Below are positions 63,103 to 64,000 of a stretch of 64,000 nt of DNA, in pieces (within the stretch, counting starts at the first letter, position 1; each line of letters begins with the position of its first letter). The stretch spans positions 1,088,001 to 1,152,000 of the forward strand of contig OZ219816.1 of the NCBI GenBank assembly GCA_964291235.2, written 5' to 3'. Made by a program: the position numbers and the translations under genes. This DNA comes from Vicinamibacteria bacterium (GTDB lineage Bacteria > Acidobacteriota > Vicinamibacteria > Marinacidobacterales > Marinacidobacteraceae). A model generated the notes under the pieces. The model saw only the letters and a list, made by a program, of their open reading frames with translations, made no database searches and was not told the DNA's origin.

Positions 63103-64000
63103 TTGACGGACTCGCGCGGCCTCCCGGCCGCCGCAGCGGTTCTCCTGGCGTCGGCCCTGGTTTCGTGCGGTTCGCCCGCGGGAGATCCGCTCGCCCCCGG
63201 CAGAGTACTGCCCGGCCTCGACCGGCTGGTTGCGGAAGGGGCCGGCGACCTGCGCGGAAAGCGGGTGGGTCTGATCACGAATCACACGGGCCGGACCATC
63301 GCCGGTCAACCCGCGGCTCTCGCGCTCATGGAAGCGGGGGTAGGCGTTGAGGTGCTCTTCAGTCCGGAGCACGGTGTCACGGGGGCGGTCGCCGCGGGCG
63401 AGGAGATTGCTTCGGGGGTGAATCCCGAAACCGGCTTGCCGGTGGTGAGCCTCTACGGCGAGCAACGGACCCCGAATGAGGGATCGCTCGCCGGGCTGGA
63501 CGCCCTCGTTTTCGACATCCAGGACGTCGGAGTCCGCTTTTACACCTACATCTCGACGCTCAGGAACGCGCTGGTCGCGGCTTCCGGGGCGGGTCTCGAG
63601 TTCTGGGTTCTCGACCGCCCCAATCCGAACGGCGGCGACCGGGTCGAAGGGCCAATGCTGGATCCGGAATTCCGTTCGTTCGTGGGCACCGACCGGCTGC
63701 CGCTGCTGCACGGGATGACAGTGGGGGAACTGGCGCAGTTGTTCGCCGCGCGGGAGGGAGCCGCGGTGCGGGTGGTCCCCGTTGCGAATCTGGCCCGCGA
63801 CACCCGCTGGGAGGACACCGGCCTTCGCTGGCGGCCTCCATCGCCCAACATCCCGACCCTCGAGACCGCCCTCCTGTATCCGGGGTTCGGGCTCTTCGAG
63901 GGCGTCGCGGTCTCGGAGGGGCGCGGCACTCCGACCCCCTTTCTCGTGGTGGGAGCCCCGTGGGTGGATCCCGCCGCCTGGTTGGCGCAACTCGGAGGCC
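63103..64000 (+). CDS. namZ: DUF1343 / exo-beta-N-acetylmuramidase NamZ family lipoprotein, 3'-truncated by the window edge
   Basis: Manual translation (not in the ORF track): lipobox LVSC, KRVGLITNHTG, LFSPEHG, FDIQDVGVRFYTY, LDRPNP, HGMTVGELA, PSPNIP, SEGRGT. Confidence 0.88.
   Translation, partial: MTDSRGLPAAAAVLLASALVSCGSPAGDPLAPGRVLPGLDRLVAEGAGDLRGKRVGLITNHTGRTIAGQPAALALMEAGVGVEVLFSPEHGVTGAVAAGEEIASGVNPETGLPVVSLYGEQRTPNEGSLAGLDALVFDIQDVGVRFYTYISTLRNALVAASGAGLEFWVLDRPNPNGGDRVEGPMLDPEFRSFVGTDRLPLLHGMTVGELAQLFAAREGAAVRVVPVANLARDTRWEDTGLRWRPPSPNIPTLETALLYPGFGLFEGVAVSEGRGTPTPFLVVGAPWVDPAAWLAQLGG

Noticed and set aside
1-64000. Many long overlapping ORFs in the six-frame track (e.g. 20817..23138-, 24561..26333-, 58652..61300-, 62074..63990-)
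   Set aside because: Antisense or alternate-frame shadows of real genes, typical of high-GC DNA; Arg/Pro/Gly-rich with no motifs.

Overview
High-GC, gene-dense bacterial chromosome segment with about 50 CDS. Gene content suggests an Acidobacteriota-like organism (inference from the TPR+CRTAC1/ASPIC-UnbV clusters, an Oar-like TonB-dependent receptor, many lipoproteins, a GH3/serine-hydrolase fusion, and NHL and HupE/UreJ proteins). Recognisable housekeeping genes: murA (partial), ligD, modABC, lysA, ligA, fabI, a LeuA-family synthase, an addAB-like pair, ilvE and namZ (partial). I saw no rRNA, tRNA, CRISPR array, transposase or prophage gene. Most notable: (1) three DNA-repair enzymes with non-canonical architecture: LigD whose ligase domain has lost its catalytic motifs and OB-fold, AddAB with a nuclease-less AddA, an AddB without Fe-S cysteines and a downstream degenerate nuclease-like ORF, and LigA with a duplicated HhH domain and an in-frame N-terminal membrane hairpin; (2) modular non-coding intergenic elements (REP-like hairpins with compensatory changes and GNA triloops, plus TA-flanked TIR elements) at six loci; (3) a binding protein / output-less HAMP receptor / OFA-MFS cassette; (4) a TonB-C/DUF1326 lipoprotein fusion; (5) normally cytoplasmic enzymes carrying export signals. 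Two genes carry single-base frameshifts that may be assembly errors. All calls come from motif reading by eye; no database search was run.
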